Origin: Moniliella sp. 'wahieum'
Taxonomy: Eukaryota
Assembly (NCBI GenBank): GCA_003971905.1
Contig: RSEE01000101.1
Span: 62,001-126,000 of the forward strand
DNA: 64,000 bases
Reading direction: 5' to 3'
Position 1 is the first letter of the stretch, and each line of letters starts with the position of its first letter. Of this stretch, positions 30,178 to 43,076 are shown piece by piece. The notes beneath the pieces are model-generated. The model ran no database searches. It saw only the letters and a program-made list of their open reading frames with translations, and was not told the DNA's origin. Both the position numbers and the translations under genes were made by a program.

Positions 30178-33149
30178 TATCGCGCTGGCGTTTGCGCCAA
30201 CCACGAGGTGGACTTGGAATAAGACTTGGGAGCGGGCACTTTGATCAGATCGAGCAGACAGGCCCCAGCTTGCAGATCGGATCAGGTCGGATCCGAACCA
30301 TTGACCAACTGGGACGGGGTTAGGATGGCGAAGGGCGCACGCCGGCGCCGCCGGGCTTGCCATCCCGCTTGGCCCGTGACAAGCAGCGGTCTCCAAGCAG
30401 AGGTTGCGAGAGGTGCAGCGGTCTGCGACCAGAGGTTGCGTGTGTAGGGGCTGAGGCGAAAGCGGTGTGCTCCGATGGCGAGGGAGGGCGAGCGAGCTGA
30501 GCGAGAGGTATTCCTTCTAGAAGTCGAGAGCCTAGAAGAAGGGGAAAGGGGAAAGAATGGTCGGCGGCTTGGGCCATCATCATTGGATCTACTAAGAACA
30601 CTGCAGGCAGGTTTTATAGAAGAGAAAGGGAACAAGTCAAGACCAAGAGGTCTACAGAGTAAAAGGGGAAACGAGTCAAAGGGAAGAAAAGAGGACCAAG
30701 TGCGAGAGGGACGAGGCGAGAGATGAACGACGAGGGTCAAGGCCAAAATGGACCCGAGACGAGAAACGAGGCGAGAAACCGAGTCAAGAAACCATGCGTT
30801 GTGTTTTGGATTTTAGACGAGCGCGAGCGGACAAACCAAGATAGTCGTGGGCTTTGTTGACAGGAAGACGATCCGAGTCAAAATAGCCAAAGAGAAGAGA
30901 AAACGACACGGCTGCGGGGTTGGTATGGGGTAAAACCAAGTTCCGGAAGACATGGTTTAAAAGCACAGCCATAAGCTGTAGTGGGTTTGGCCATTATCCA
31001 AATCTCGCTATAATAGAAGTACTTAGCTTAACCTCATGTTTGCGCCACGGTTATATCCAAGCAATTCGCACTGGCTTAATCCTAAATTCGATCAAATGCA
31101 TTTTTGGGTAGGTTAGGGTGTCCATTCTGGCCTGCGGCCACATCAACTTTCGCCATCGCGGCCTTAAACGTTGCGCTTCAAACGTGATGCCCCTTCCGCA
31201 CCCAGGACTACACATCCACCATCTCTCCTGTGGCCACCTTCTCCTCCAAAGCAATGGGTTAGGTTAGGGGGCAGCAAGGTCGTGGGTGCTTCACATTGAT
31301 TGACAAAAAAGAGAACCCGAAGAGTCTTGATCTCGCATAGGCTTCCCTCGCTGAGTGACCAATGTTGCCCTTGTAACGAGGGGATCGAAGAAATATGGAT
31401 CCAATTCTCCGGCGAAAGGGCCAGGTCATCAGAAGGGGAATGCCAGCAAATTCGTCCTGATTAATGGAGCTCTCTTCGTCAGCGTCCATTGTGCGGGGAA
31501 CAAGGTGTCAGCGTCAAGATCCAGCGCATCTTCATCGTTGTTCATCGTTGTCGTCTGCTGGTTCAATTGACCCCGCATATCATTTCACAAACCAACACGG
31601 GAACCAGGAGGGGGGGAGGGACTACAACGTAACTCCCGGTTCGTACTCCTCTTTTCCCTCTCCGACGGCGACTCGAATCGCTGTTGTGCCCACCGGTGCC
31701 ACCAGGTGGTTCTTCAGGGGACGGTTCGTCACCTTCGAAAGCAGTCTCCACCACGGGCTCCGGCTCAGGGTTAGTTCATACGTCGTGTGTCCCTCGGGGC
31801 GGCGAGCGGTGTTGTTGGTGCGAAATGCCTGGGACGTCCTGATGGTGCGGGAGGGAGGCATTGTAGAGTGGCAGTGCTGTGGCTCAACAGGAAGATGATG
31901 GCGGGAAAGGTGGTGGATGGGGGCATGTAGTTCGCCTAAAAGGGATGCAGCTGTGTGGTCGCTTCCCCACCAGGGGTCGGATTCCCAAGGGTCGATCGAG
32001 CTGAGATTTGCGGAGCATGAATTGGCTGTACACCTCAAATTGAGGCCTGGGGCCGTTCTGTTTCAGCGATCATCCTGCATCACCCCAAAACAGAAGCATG
32101 GTGCTGGAGAGCATGCTGTGCTGCCCTGCGACGTGAGGCGGCTGAAGCCCGTGCGGGGCAGGGTCACTCGCACGAAGCATGTTAAAGTATGTTAAACGTT
32201 AACTGGCCACCGGTCACTGGTAGCCGTACGGTAACCTCAGCCTTCGGGCTCCGGCTGGGCGCTCAGCGAGCGCCCAGCCCTGCAAAATAAGACCCGCGTA
32301 CTGCCTGGCATGGGGAGAAATAGGTAAACGGACAGACAGTTCATGTTGAGCCATCGGGTGGCTCGTGCTTTGGCTAATGTCCCTTCAGCTCCTCCTCATG
32401 CCTGGGAGTTCTGTTGTTTTCTCTCTCCTGTTTTTCCTTGTTCCGCAGCTTAGCCTAGGAAAACAACGTGCTTTAAACCCTAAGAGCCAGAACATGGAAA
32501 GTTCTTATACAAAGTCCGCATCAGCCGTGTTGTTTAGACGAGAACCAGCCCGCAATGACCCGTAACATTGATGTTCTGGGTAGCCACGATCGGTTTGCGT
32601 CAGTGGGTTTATGAGGGAGCTCTGGGATCGGGGTTAGGGAGGGGAAGGGAGCGCGTAGGCTCCACCACCGACCGAAGAATTCAAGCGCCCAGACATCTTG
32701 GGAGAGTAGTCCCGTTTGCTAAGAGTCAACGCTCAACCTCAAGAGTGTTCCTGTGTGGAAACAATAGAGAGAGTTGATTGCATTCCCTCAGAGTGTAGAG
32801 GTGTCAGGATCAGTATTTATCACATGGCGACGATCAAATTGCCTTGCACAGTCCCTGCGAGGCGGGATGAGTATCATTTCTTCACGGCGATGTCGTGTTC
32901 AAGAGTGTATTTCACAACCCCGCCACTGCTATCGTAGCCACGCCGCATGTGAGCCTCCGCGGGCCGAGGTATAACCCCACGCGTGCGGGCTACAACCTAC
33001 CTTTCTCAGAGGCACGCACCTCGGACATACCGCATTCCCTTTGCGCCAAAATTTAACGAGACTCGAAGTAGTTCCTGGGCACCTACCTGGCTTCCCCCGG
33101 CGCGCAAAGAATGTATTCGGGATAGGGTGGGAGCTCACTGTTCCAGGCG

Positions 33150-34421
33150 TCATGAATGTTCATCGGAACCGTCGTTGTTGCCTGGGAGTTTGCCCCCCAA
33201 CTGGAAGGTGTAAAAGTTGGGGAACGCAAGCTAAGGAAGTCAGTGCCTGTCGTCGCATGATGGGGATGAGGTGCGTACCTCGTCAACCACCAGACCCCGA
33301 ACAAGTTGGATAACAAACTGTTCTACCTTCCCGACGTTGCGCAGGACATGCTTATGGTTGCGATCGTCACCGACGGACGACTCGAGTGCGAGAAAGGGGA
33401 TAAAACGTTGGCCCAACGCGCTTCTTGCAGACGCGGCGGTGGTTTGGCTTGCGGTGCCCAGGGGGTCTAGAGGGGGAGGTATAGGAGGCGGGCACCGCCG
33501 AATCTGAGACCGCCTTGACGCCTCCATAGAAAGTTCACTGGCATCGACTTGGGTGACGAGCGGGCGGCGGGTTCGGAAGAGGAGAATTTTCTTCGTAGGC
33601 TGGGAAAAGGGGGATGTCTGGTTTCTGCAGCTGCTTCCACCTGAGCCGCATCAATGAGTGAAACGTGAGCCTGACGGCGGTCCTGGTCAAAGGCTAAAAC
33701 CAAGCCGGCGTCCAAAACCAGTCCAGTAACGGTGAGGACAAGAGGGAGCTCCATAAACGCTGGGCAGGGCTCGTTAACCAGCAAACTGGTGCAGAGTTCG
33801 AGGCGGAGAGAGTGCTGCGCCAGCGGACGTGACCTATGACCTGAGTGTTGAGGTCCTGCTTGGTGGGCTCGGGGGGAATAGTGCTCTTTGGCCAAGGCGC
33901 CGGCGCACGAGGCAGCCGGGCGGAATCGGACTCGGTATCCGAAGGCCCGTAAGCCACAGGCCGGGTGATGGGGGCCGAAGCGATGGAGCTCGGGCGGGAG
34001 AAGCCAGGCGCTGGGGGTCGGACGGGCCAGGAGGGACGCAGGCCGGCGTATCCCAAGCCGATCCCGGTGGGAGTGGAGCCAGGGCGGGGAGGCCAGGCAG
34101 ACCAGGCGGGGGCGGATGCGATGGAAGAGGTGCGTGAGCGGGCGAGGGAGTGTGCTTTTGGGGGCAGCGGCGGAGGCGGGGGGCGATCAGGCGGTGGGGC
34201 AGCGTCGTCTTCGTCATCTGACTGCTCGAGGAACTCGGGCCAGACGTCCTGGATGCTGGCGATTGTTACTTCTGGTGGCTCGTCGCCGAGATCGCAGGTT
34301 TGGACCGACATGGGGCCGAGCATGTCCGGGAGGCGGGTGGAGCCAAGGATGCTGTTGATGCGCCCAACGAGATGCGCGGTGAGCGCAGCTCCAGCAGACT
34401 CCAGTCGAAGTCGAGCGACAT
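33150..34421 (-). CDS. MDM12: ERMES complex subunit Mdm12 (SMP domain)
   Basis: Starts MSLDFDWSLLEL, followed by PDMLGPMSVQTCDLGDEPPEVTIASIQDVW, LLVNEPCPAFMELPLVLTVTG and ESSVGD..KHVLRNVGKVEQFV. After a short 3' intron it ends LAFPNFYTF...*. Confidence 0.9.
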
Positions 34422-34472
34422 GCTGGGGCGGAGGCCTATGCCTATGTCCTCCAGAAGAGCGCTGCGTGTGCG

Positions 34473-34505
34473 GCGGTGGTGGTGGTGGTGGTGGTGGTGG
34501 TGGTG
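34473..34505 (+). repeat. (GGT)n microsatellite in the MDM12/TFC4 spacer
   Basis: Directly visible run of about 11 GGT units. Confidence 0.9.
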
Positions 34506-34625
34506 ATGGTCGTTGGAGGAGCAAGAAGAGATGCGACGCAGCAGCCGTGCCGACTGAAATGTTCACTCGGTGGCCCCAGCGGCGTGGGCTGGCTGGCGGT
34601 AAAGTTGGCTGGCCACCACCATCTC

Positions 34626-37600
34626 ATGCCGCCCCGCCAGTCGCACGGACGAGGACGAGGGCGCGGATCCGCGCCCCGAGGCGCTGCTGCCGACGCGACA
34701 CTGATGCCTCCGCCCCACCACCACCTGCACCTGCACCTGCCCTCGCTCCGCCCCCCGGGGCAGCAAGGCCAAGTGCATCGCAGACCCTGCTCGAGATCCA
34801 GCAGGCGGCGCAGCTGGCCGAAAACCAGCGGAAACTGCGTCGGCGATCCGGATCCGACAGCAGTGGCTCGTACTCCTATTCGGACTCTGGCTCGGACTCC
34901 GACTTGGACGAGGCCCATCATCTCTCGCTGGGGAAATGTTCGAGCCCGATGGTACACTCTTATCGCGTGACCCTGGGGATGGCCCTACTGCTGCCACACT
35001 CGAGGAAGAGGAGGAAGAGGAGGAAGAAGAAGAAGAAGAAGAGGAGGAGGAGGAGGAAGGATGATGATGATGAAAGTGAGCAAGACGACGAGGAAGATGA
35101 GGTCGAGGCCGAGGAGGATGATGCCGAGGACAGCATGGATGAAGACGACGGGGACGAATATGATCCGCTCAAGGATCCTGACGCTCCGCCCCTTCGGAAA
35201 AACCAAGGGCGGAGTACACTTGGTGGCGCTGCGCGCGGCCGTAAACGTACGCGGCAAGAGCGAGCGGATATGGCCGATATGGAATTTGACTTCGCCTCCC
35301 TGGGTCTGCCCGGCGGGCGGTCGAGCGAGAAAGGGAGAGCTCGAGCGGATGCAAGCTGGATGAACTTGATTTGGCATTTCGACGAACGGGGTCCGATCTC
35401 CCATCATCTGCGCTTTCCGGACTCCCACTTACACCCGGCGGTCTTCCCTGGTTGTCCACTACCGGAAACGGTTTGAGCGAAGAAGAGGAAGAAGAGGAAG
35501 AGGAGGAAGAGGAAGACACGGCACAAATTGCAGCACTTGCCTATGCAGTGGGTCGGAAGGAACGACGCGATCCCTCCCATGGCAATCGTTCTACGGCCAC
35601 GCCTGCGGCGACAACGGGGACTGGGAGGAAGAGCAACAGCGTTTGTTTGAGAAGGAGCTCGCGGCCTCTCGACGCGTCCGTTTGGCTGGCCACAAGAAGC
35701 GGGGTGCTGCCAACGGAATCAAGCGCCAACCCGTTTCGCGCCAAGTGGGGGACTTGTTGAGCAAGGGAAATGGCCAGCTGATTTCGGACGATTGGGAGGG
35801 CGCCAAGGCCACGTTTGAGGAGGTGATCCGCATTGATCCCATTCAGCGTGATGCGTGGCTGAGCATGGCGATGATTTACGAGCAAATGGACGATTCGGCG
35901 CGAGGCCTGCAAGCACGGATCGTAGCAGCTCATTTGGGTCGCACTGACCCGGCCACCTGGGCGGAGCTGGCGGCGCTCAGCGAGGAGCGGCAGCTGTACC
36001 GGCAAGCGGCGCACTGCTATGCCAAAGCCGGCCACGAGGACCCGGATGACGTGCAGTGGATTGTCAAACGGGCTACGCTCTTGGCTACCGCGGGCGACCA
36101 TCGTCTGGCGGCGCGCTTGGCGGGACGCGCGCTGGCCCAGATGCCCTTCGACCACACGACGGGGCGGGTGTACATCAACTCGCTTGTCGGCACGGGTGAC
36201 CGACCGCGGGCGGTGCAATACCTTGAAGCGCTCGCGCGCTGGAATATGCAAGCATTTCCTTTTGGCGAAGGTGAGCGCCGTCCCACCGGTCCCAGCGACA
36301 CGTACCCCCTCGCCCCCACCTATGGCGAGGCGGAGATGGTGACACTTGCGGATCTGCACCTGCAGTTTGGCAATGGCGCAGCTGCGATCGAGGCGATCCG
36401 ACAAGGCGTGCGGTGGGCGAGTGGGCGCGGGGATGAGGTGTTTTGGGATGCGTACGACGCGGACGATCGCGAATACGATGACCAGCAGCCACGTCTCGCC
36501 TCAGACTCGGCTGCGTTTGCCCAGGCCTATCCTCACCGAAAGGATCCTATCGCGACGCGTTGGAGCCGAGAGCTCTCTTCCTTGACGGCCCAGGCGACAG
36601 TGAATCCGCTGCCGCGGTCATGCGCCTGTTCATGGCCCGTGCCCGGCTGCTGCTCAAGCAGGAGGCGGAGGCCAAACTGCATCTCGCGGCGATTATCAAG
36701 CCGCTGGCAGTGTATGCCCAGGAGCATAGCCGCCTGACCGAGCGTCTAGCTGAGGAGGCCCAGCAGCAAGGCGTCGACCCTCCGCCAATCCTCCTGCCGA
36801 ACTACTCCCGGACTACCCTGCCGAGGTGGTTGAGCTTGCGCCCGAGGTTGCCACCGCCTACCAGCAAGCGCAGCTGTGGCCCGAGCTGCTTACCGTGGCC
36901 CACACCCTCAGCATGCTGCCCGAAACCAACACGGCAGAGACCTGGTCGTTTATCGGCAAGGCCGAGCTGGAACTGGGACATTACGAGACGGCGCACGATA
37001 CCCTGTCTCAAGCTCTGGTGGTGGATCCGCGGATGCTGTCGGCCAAGTTGGACCTCGCCCGCGCCAAGGAGGCAATGGGGCAGAATGCACAGGCGGTGCA
37101 GCTGGTGCAGGAGGTGATGATGCAGTACGATGCCCAAGCCGGCACGGGGCTGGACTTGCCTGGTGAAGGTGGTCTGTTTGATGAGTCGACGTCGCGCCCC
37201 GCTGCCTTTGGCTCGGCCCCGTCGGAAACCGAGCTGAGGAGAATGCAAATCCGTCGAGAGAGGGATACAGTTCACAAGTTTGCTCGTCTGGCCCATCTGC
37301 AACGGATCATCTACCGTGTGCCCGAGCGCGAATCTGGCCAAGACATCGACCCCTCCCTGGCTACGTTTACGTCGCGGCCGGGCAATTTGCTTGGTGGAGA
37401 CCCGATGTGCAGCTGGGCACAGAAGCGGAGGAAGCACGCGCCTTGGAACAGTACCTGGCCCTAGCTGAATCGTTGGTGGAGCAGTTCACTTCCAACCAGC
37501 ATCTGTTTGGAGTGAACAAGCGTCTTCGCTTTACTGGGGTGCACCACTCCCGGGCGGATCAGGAAGCGTACAAGGCTCCGGACAAGCCGCGGACAGTAGG

Positions 37601-38964
37601 GCAGGAAGCGGGGGCGTTGATGAATCGGTTGGAGAACGATTTAGAGGCACAACACGCTCACGAAGGCGAGGCTAGTGCCAAGCCTTCCGGCCCAGCGCCA
37701 ACGACATATGCTGGGATGCCATTAGACGATTGGGTCGATATGTTTATGAACGTACGTCCGCTTCCTTTACCTTGTGCGAAGCGGGAAGAGCTGACCGTGG
37801 CCCCAGTATGCGTTCGTCCTCACCAAGCAAGGAAGGGGCAAGACGGCGCGGAGATGTTGGAAGCGGTGATCCCCTCGAACGCGGTCTATCCGTTCGAGGA
37901 CCGTTTATTGGCGATGGAACTGGCTCGGATCGGTATGTTTTTGATCCATAGTATGAGGAACGGAGCTAACTAACACTTGTGAAAAAGCATCGGCGTTGTA
38001 CGAGCGCGACACCGCAGCTGTGTTCAAGAGTGCGCGTTTCCTGACGGGGACGTATGCGTTCCATGAAATGCCAGTGACACTGTGGATGGCATTGGCCAAC
38101 TCGTTGGGGTTCTACGGACGAGGGGATGCCTTCTCCAATGGACATCGACGCTACTTTAAGCGCCGGAATGGGACGATCGATTGGATTGCATCGGGTCGGC
38201 CGCATGCATGGCACGAGCGGAAGACGTTTATCATGATGGTGCCCAAGGCCAATACACCTGCCGCGGCCGCCCAAGGAATCTTGCCTGACCCCGATGATCC
38301 GATGAGGGCAGAGGAAGAAGATGTTGGGGATGAGACAACCGGTACCATTGATCCCCTCTTGCTCGACCCTTCTCGTGCCGGCTCCACCGACCGAACCCCC
38401 GAGCTGGCCGTCTATCGCAATCGTCTGCTCCACGGCAGGGGACGACGAGGCAAGCTGGTTGCGCCCGAGAAGGCGCTCTTGTCGGGCTACCCGGTCCAGC
38501 TCTCCCCCGCCGGCTTGGCGTTTGAAGCGGCGAGTATGCTTGGCACGTTGCAGAATCAAGGTGCAATCGGGGCGTCGGTGCGGGCGTTGCAGGCGGTCCC
38601 AAGTGATCCGCTATTGAACTTGGTGGCCGGGGTGGCAAGCCTGGCGCGAACCGAGCAAAGGCAAGTGGACAACCGGCACCAAATGGTGCTGCAGGGCTTG
38701 GCCTTTCTCACGCGCTCCCACCGGTTTGGCGGAACGGCCGGCACGGCCGTCGAAGCCTACAACCTAGCGCGCGCGTACCAAGGTTTGAGTCTAGCCCACC
38801 TCGCCACCGAGGGGTACGAAAAGTGTCTACGCTTGTGTGAGCAAGAAGCGGAGACAGAGTCCACCATTGCGCGCGAGGCTGCGTTCAACTTGGCGCTGTT
38901 GTACACCCAGGCTGGCAACCACGTTCGTGCGGAGCAGCTGTACGACACCTGGTTGACTGTATAG
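34626..38964 (+). CDS. TFC4: RNA polymerase III transcription factor TFIIIC TPR subunit (tau131/GTF3C3)
   Basis: An acidic N-terminus precedes TPRs (EEVIRIDP..RDAWLSMAMIYEQ, AAHL...WAELA). The conserved C-terminus reads RQVDNRHQMVLQGLAFL, YNLARAYQGLSLAHLA..YEKCL, REAAFNLALLY...DTWLTV*. Two small introns lie near 37752-37806 and 37933-37988. The start is approximate. Confidence 0.9.
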
Positions 38965-40169
38965 CCAACGGGGAAGTAACGCATGTGTATGTTACCGGCA
39001 ACCTGGTACACGTGGGCCCTGCCGATTTGGCGTCAAAAACTTGAAGCGCTCTGGATCAATCGTCGTTTGTATAAACTTAAAAGTGTGTTGAGGACCAGAA
39101 CAGAACGGACTGGAATAAGCGAATGTGGTATAGTAGTTATAAGTAGCGAGATGTCTATTAGACCTTCTTGGGTTGAGGACAGCCATATGAAAGATGAGGT
39201 GTGCTATAGAAGCGAGAAGTACTCCGCCGTTAGTAACCGCGGAGCACGCGGCGAACCAACCAATCACCACTGAGGAAACAATATGCGGAAGAGAAGATGG
39301 TAACTAGGAGGCCCGCTGGTGGGTAGACGGCTATGGAAAGACTTCTCCTGGAGGCGGCGCGCGTGTATCTTTTCTGAAAGGGTGGGTTGGGCCAGCCATG
39401 AGAGGCCAAGTGCGCCCTATTAGATCCATGAGCCGTCTCGTCTTCATCACATACTATACCCCACATGGATATTTTTTTCCTCATCCCTCTTCTGTCTTCT
39501 CGATTTGGTGTGGTCAGAACTCCTCTAAATGACCACGCAGTTCTCTTGTCAGGGTAAACTGAGGGGAACATATAGAGTGGAATTGGAAAGAAAAGTATAG
39601 GTGGAACGGTACAGGTGACGGGAAGGGGCTAATACTGAGCACCGTCTCCAGCCTTGATCGGGGGACGCTTTATAGGCACGTATGTCATCTCTCTTCTCGT
39701 TTCTTTGTTCATTTGCGTCTGCTCTTTCCCGCGAAGAATCTGTGCAGTCGAAGAGAAAGGAAGGGTTGTGGAAGCTGTGAGCGTGCCTTCGTTTTGTCTC
39801 CTACACACTGGCATACTTGCAGGGTGTAATCCATCGTTGCCCCGCACGGACATCCGCACTATCATACTAATAGTAGGCACGCATTGTTTGATGCCATCTC
39901 CCTGTGGCGCCTCCTGTCATAGTTTGGCTGATCTCTTCGCTCCCTCAATTTCTTCGTCGCGAACGTCTCGCTCTTTCCTTGTTTCTTCCACTTCGCATCT
40001 GCTCTTGCTTCTTTCCCGCGAACGTTTGCTACATCCCTTGACCTAGTCTTGATTCTGGTCTCCCTAGCCTTAGCCCCGACTGTGGCGCCTCCGATCTTTA
40101 TAATGTAGTCAGTACACCTTGCCGGAAGAGGGGCCGCCAACTCGTTATTTCTCCTTTTTCTCCTTATAT

Positions 40170-40320
40170 TTCTCCTTCTCCTTCTCCTTCTCCTTCTCCT
40201 TCTCCTTCTCCTCTCCTTCTCTTCTCCTTCTCCTTCTCCTTCTCCTTCTCCTTCTCTTCTCCTTCTCCTTCTCCTTCTCCTCTCCTTCTCCTTCTCCTTC
40301 TTCTCCTTCCCTTCCTTCTC
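40170..40320 (+). repeat. (TTCTCC)n polypyrimidine microsatellite
   Basis: About 150 nt of near-pure C/T hexamer repeats. Confidence 0.95.
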
Positions 40321-41292
40321 CTTTTCTTCTCTGTCCTTCTCTTTGTCCTTCATTCCGTTCCCTTCGTCTCATCGTTTCCCCTCCTCCGCATACAATGATT
40401 GCCCTCCCCTCCTCCCTACTGAAAGACCCCTAACCGCAGCAGGGGCGTTTAGGCTCACTCTTCGGGTTGTCCGAGGAGGTGAAGGTCAAAACGGAGAAAC
40501 GTTGATCTACGAACTGCATACAAAAAACTACTGCGCACGGGCCCTAGCTTGCTTTTTACGGTGAATCCGCCGCTTTAGGCTTTAGGGCACACATACTTCC
40601 CGTTTCCACTACTAACTTTCACAGCGTCCACGCGTCCCCAGATACCAGTTACAAAAAGCACTAAAGTTAAGAGACGTTCAAGTTTTCCTCTTTGGCTTTC
40701 ATAACTGTGCCCCGACCACTGTCGCAGACCACTGATACTGCCGCGAAAGGGAATGATGGGATGCGGGTGGCACAAGGTATATATATCCGATAAGGTAAAG
40801 GGAGAGGAGAGGCACGAGAGGCCGCGGGGAAGAGGGGGGGGTGAGAGAGAGAGGGGGCCGTAGCAGCAAAACAAAACTTGAATAAAACGTATCGTATCGA
40901 TCATCGAGAGATCATCAACAGTACCAGCAAAACAGCAACAGCAACGGCAACAGCAACAGCACCAGGGCCAAGCAAGCTTAGGCACATTGACGGGACGTCG
41001 CTTAGTTTGTTTGCTTGTGGGAAAAGTGGGAGAGGAGGCAGGGTGTGGAGGGGGGGGGGGTTACGCAGGCAGTGTGGAGGGTAAATAGAGCAGCTGCCGG
41101 AGGTGCAGCGAGAGAGGAGAGCAAGTACAAGAGAAGTACAGAGATCCTTCCCACTCACTGGGCACAAGGGGAGAGGAAGAACTCCCCGTACTCGCCTTGC
41201 GAGGGTTGGTTATAAGGCCTCGACACCTTCCCCCTCCTCTGCCGCTCCTCTTCCACCTGGTCCCCGTTTGATTGATCCATGTCCTGCCCCAC

Positions 41293-43076
41293 TTAGATTG
41301 CATGATGAGCTTCAGCTTCAGCTTCGGCTTCGCGCTGCAAAGCGCGTGCGGCGGCTGCCTCGTCGACAGCGGCAATCTCAGTGTTGAGTTCGCGTTCGAG
41401 GGTGGTATGGTTGGTCACGCGCCACATCAAGAGCGGAACGACAAAGAGCAATGCGCCGACGTTGAGGCCCCACGCAACGCCCAATTGCTCCTCGAAGGAT
41501 TTCTTGTTATTTTCCATGGCCCAGCCAGCGACGTTGCCGGCGCTCTGGACGGCCTTGTAGAGACCGGTGAGGTAGGCGAGCTTGGCAATGTCGTTGCTCA
41601 GCATACCAAAGAGCGAGTAGCAAAAGCATTGGCTGCACGCGTCGATGAGGCCCATGCAGAGGTAGAGCACAGCGCGGCCGCCGTACGGGTTGGATTCGGT
41701 CCAAGGATTGTCGTGGCAGGGCACTTGGTGGTAGCCACAGTGAATGTCCAATCCGATGCGGTTGGTATCGCTAGCGTACTCGCGCAAGCTCAGTCCCTGG
41801 GCGGCATAGTGATCTTTGAATTCCATCAGTACCTTGTACGATCCGCCCCAGACGGTCCAGCAGACGAGGGTGGTCAGTGCCCATCCGGCCCAGGCACGGT
41901 TCCGACGCGTCAAACGCGGCGTGTCAAGCACCACGCCCATGACCATCGCGCCCACCATCTGGGCCAACCAGTAGAGCAACGAGTTAAGTCCGCGCGTGCG
42001 GAGGGAGAAAAAGTACCCGTTAAACACGGTTTGCTGCCATGCGTAGCAATAGTTGGAGCTGAGCGCCAAGGGCACCGAGAGCAACACCCACGGGTCCTTG
42101 TACAGGACGCGCACCATGCCCGTCACCTCTTCTTGCCAGGGCAAGTTCTTGGGAGGGCGGACCAAAGTGCCATCCGAGCGCACCGTCTTACGCGGGTTGC
42201 GCAAAAACATCGTCGCGCACGACCCAACAAAGGTCAGGACGGTAAAGGCAATGTAGGTGTTGTTGCTCACGTGGTTGCTCGACGTGTTCCAGCCCAAGCC
42301 CATCTCGATCGCCGAGCCAATCACACCGCCCAGGTTGAAGATGACCCAGAAAATGGCAATGGCTAGTAGAAAGCAGCGCGAGAGAAAAGCAAAGTCATTG
42401 TGTTAGAGCCAGGAATGTGTGTTGCACCAGCAAAAAGGAGGAAGGGGGGAGGGGTACCAACCTTTTCCCTTGTTTTCTTCGGTGGGGTAGGAGAGCATAA
42501 GCGCACCCTGACCAGTCCACAGGAATGACGCACACAAACCCAAGATGGCGCCGGCGGCAATGACAAAGTTGGTGTTGCTGTTGATGTTGTAGCTGAGGAA
42601 GGAGCCCGTGTAGAGGCAGTATCCCAGCGAGCCTGTGCAGCAAGGCGCTCGACAGTCAGCGATGCAGCAATGGACGAGGTGCAAACAAAGGAGCAAGAGC
42701 AAATGCAGGGAATAGTAGGGACGTACCAATGCAGATGATGGCCTTGGAGCCAATCCAGTTGTGGATGCTACCCGAGAAGAAGGAGACGCCGGCGAAGACC
42801 GAGTAGAGGGCAATGTTGGCCTTGGCGGCGGCACTGGCCTCGGACAGACCACCGCCACCCATGCCGCCGAGGGCATTGAACATGCCCGGGCCGAGGAAGC
42901 AGACAAAGCCCAAGAGACACACTTGGAACATGCCCGTGTCGTACAGGCCGAGCAGGCCGGAGCGGCGCTCGATGTGCACAATCTCCACATCGGCGCCGGC
43001 GGGGAGGGCGGGGCTCGACGTCGGTGGTGGTGGGGAGCGGGGGCTTCTTCTCGGTGAGGGAGCCGGGGGTGGACAT
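41293..43076 (-). CDS. UNC93-like (DUF895) MFS membrane protein
   Basis: Motifs: QVCLLGFVCFLGPGMFNALGGMGGGG, AGAILGLCASFLWTGQGALMLSYPTEENKG, AIFWVIFNLGGVIG, FFSLRTRGLNSLLYWLAQMVG and GLYKAVQSAG. Two introns lie near 42633-42726 and 42364-42457. Confidence 0.9.

Noticed and set aside
31100..31275. Telomerase RNA template or interstitial telomere (GGTTAGGG, GGGTTAGGTTAGGGG)
   Set aside because: There is no 1.5-repeat TAACCCTAA template and no tandem array; these are isolated words that can occur by chance.
31600..31665. tRNA (GGTTCGTACTCC resembles a T-loop)
   Set aside because: The spacing is wrong for the T arm, and no D arm, anticodon arm or acceptor stem could be built.
32222..32295. HDV-like ribozyme (cagcc...ggc.ccggctgggc resembles the HDV core)
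   Set aside because: The would-be L3 loop is only 4 nt (TTCG) rather than the 7-8 nt UCCUCG-type loop. P1 has a mismatch and no G at +1, and no P2 partner was found.
39862..40433. Lys/Glu/Arg-rich and Ser/Phe/Leu-rich ORFs
   Set aside because: They are translations of the (TTCTCC)n microsatellite.
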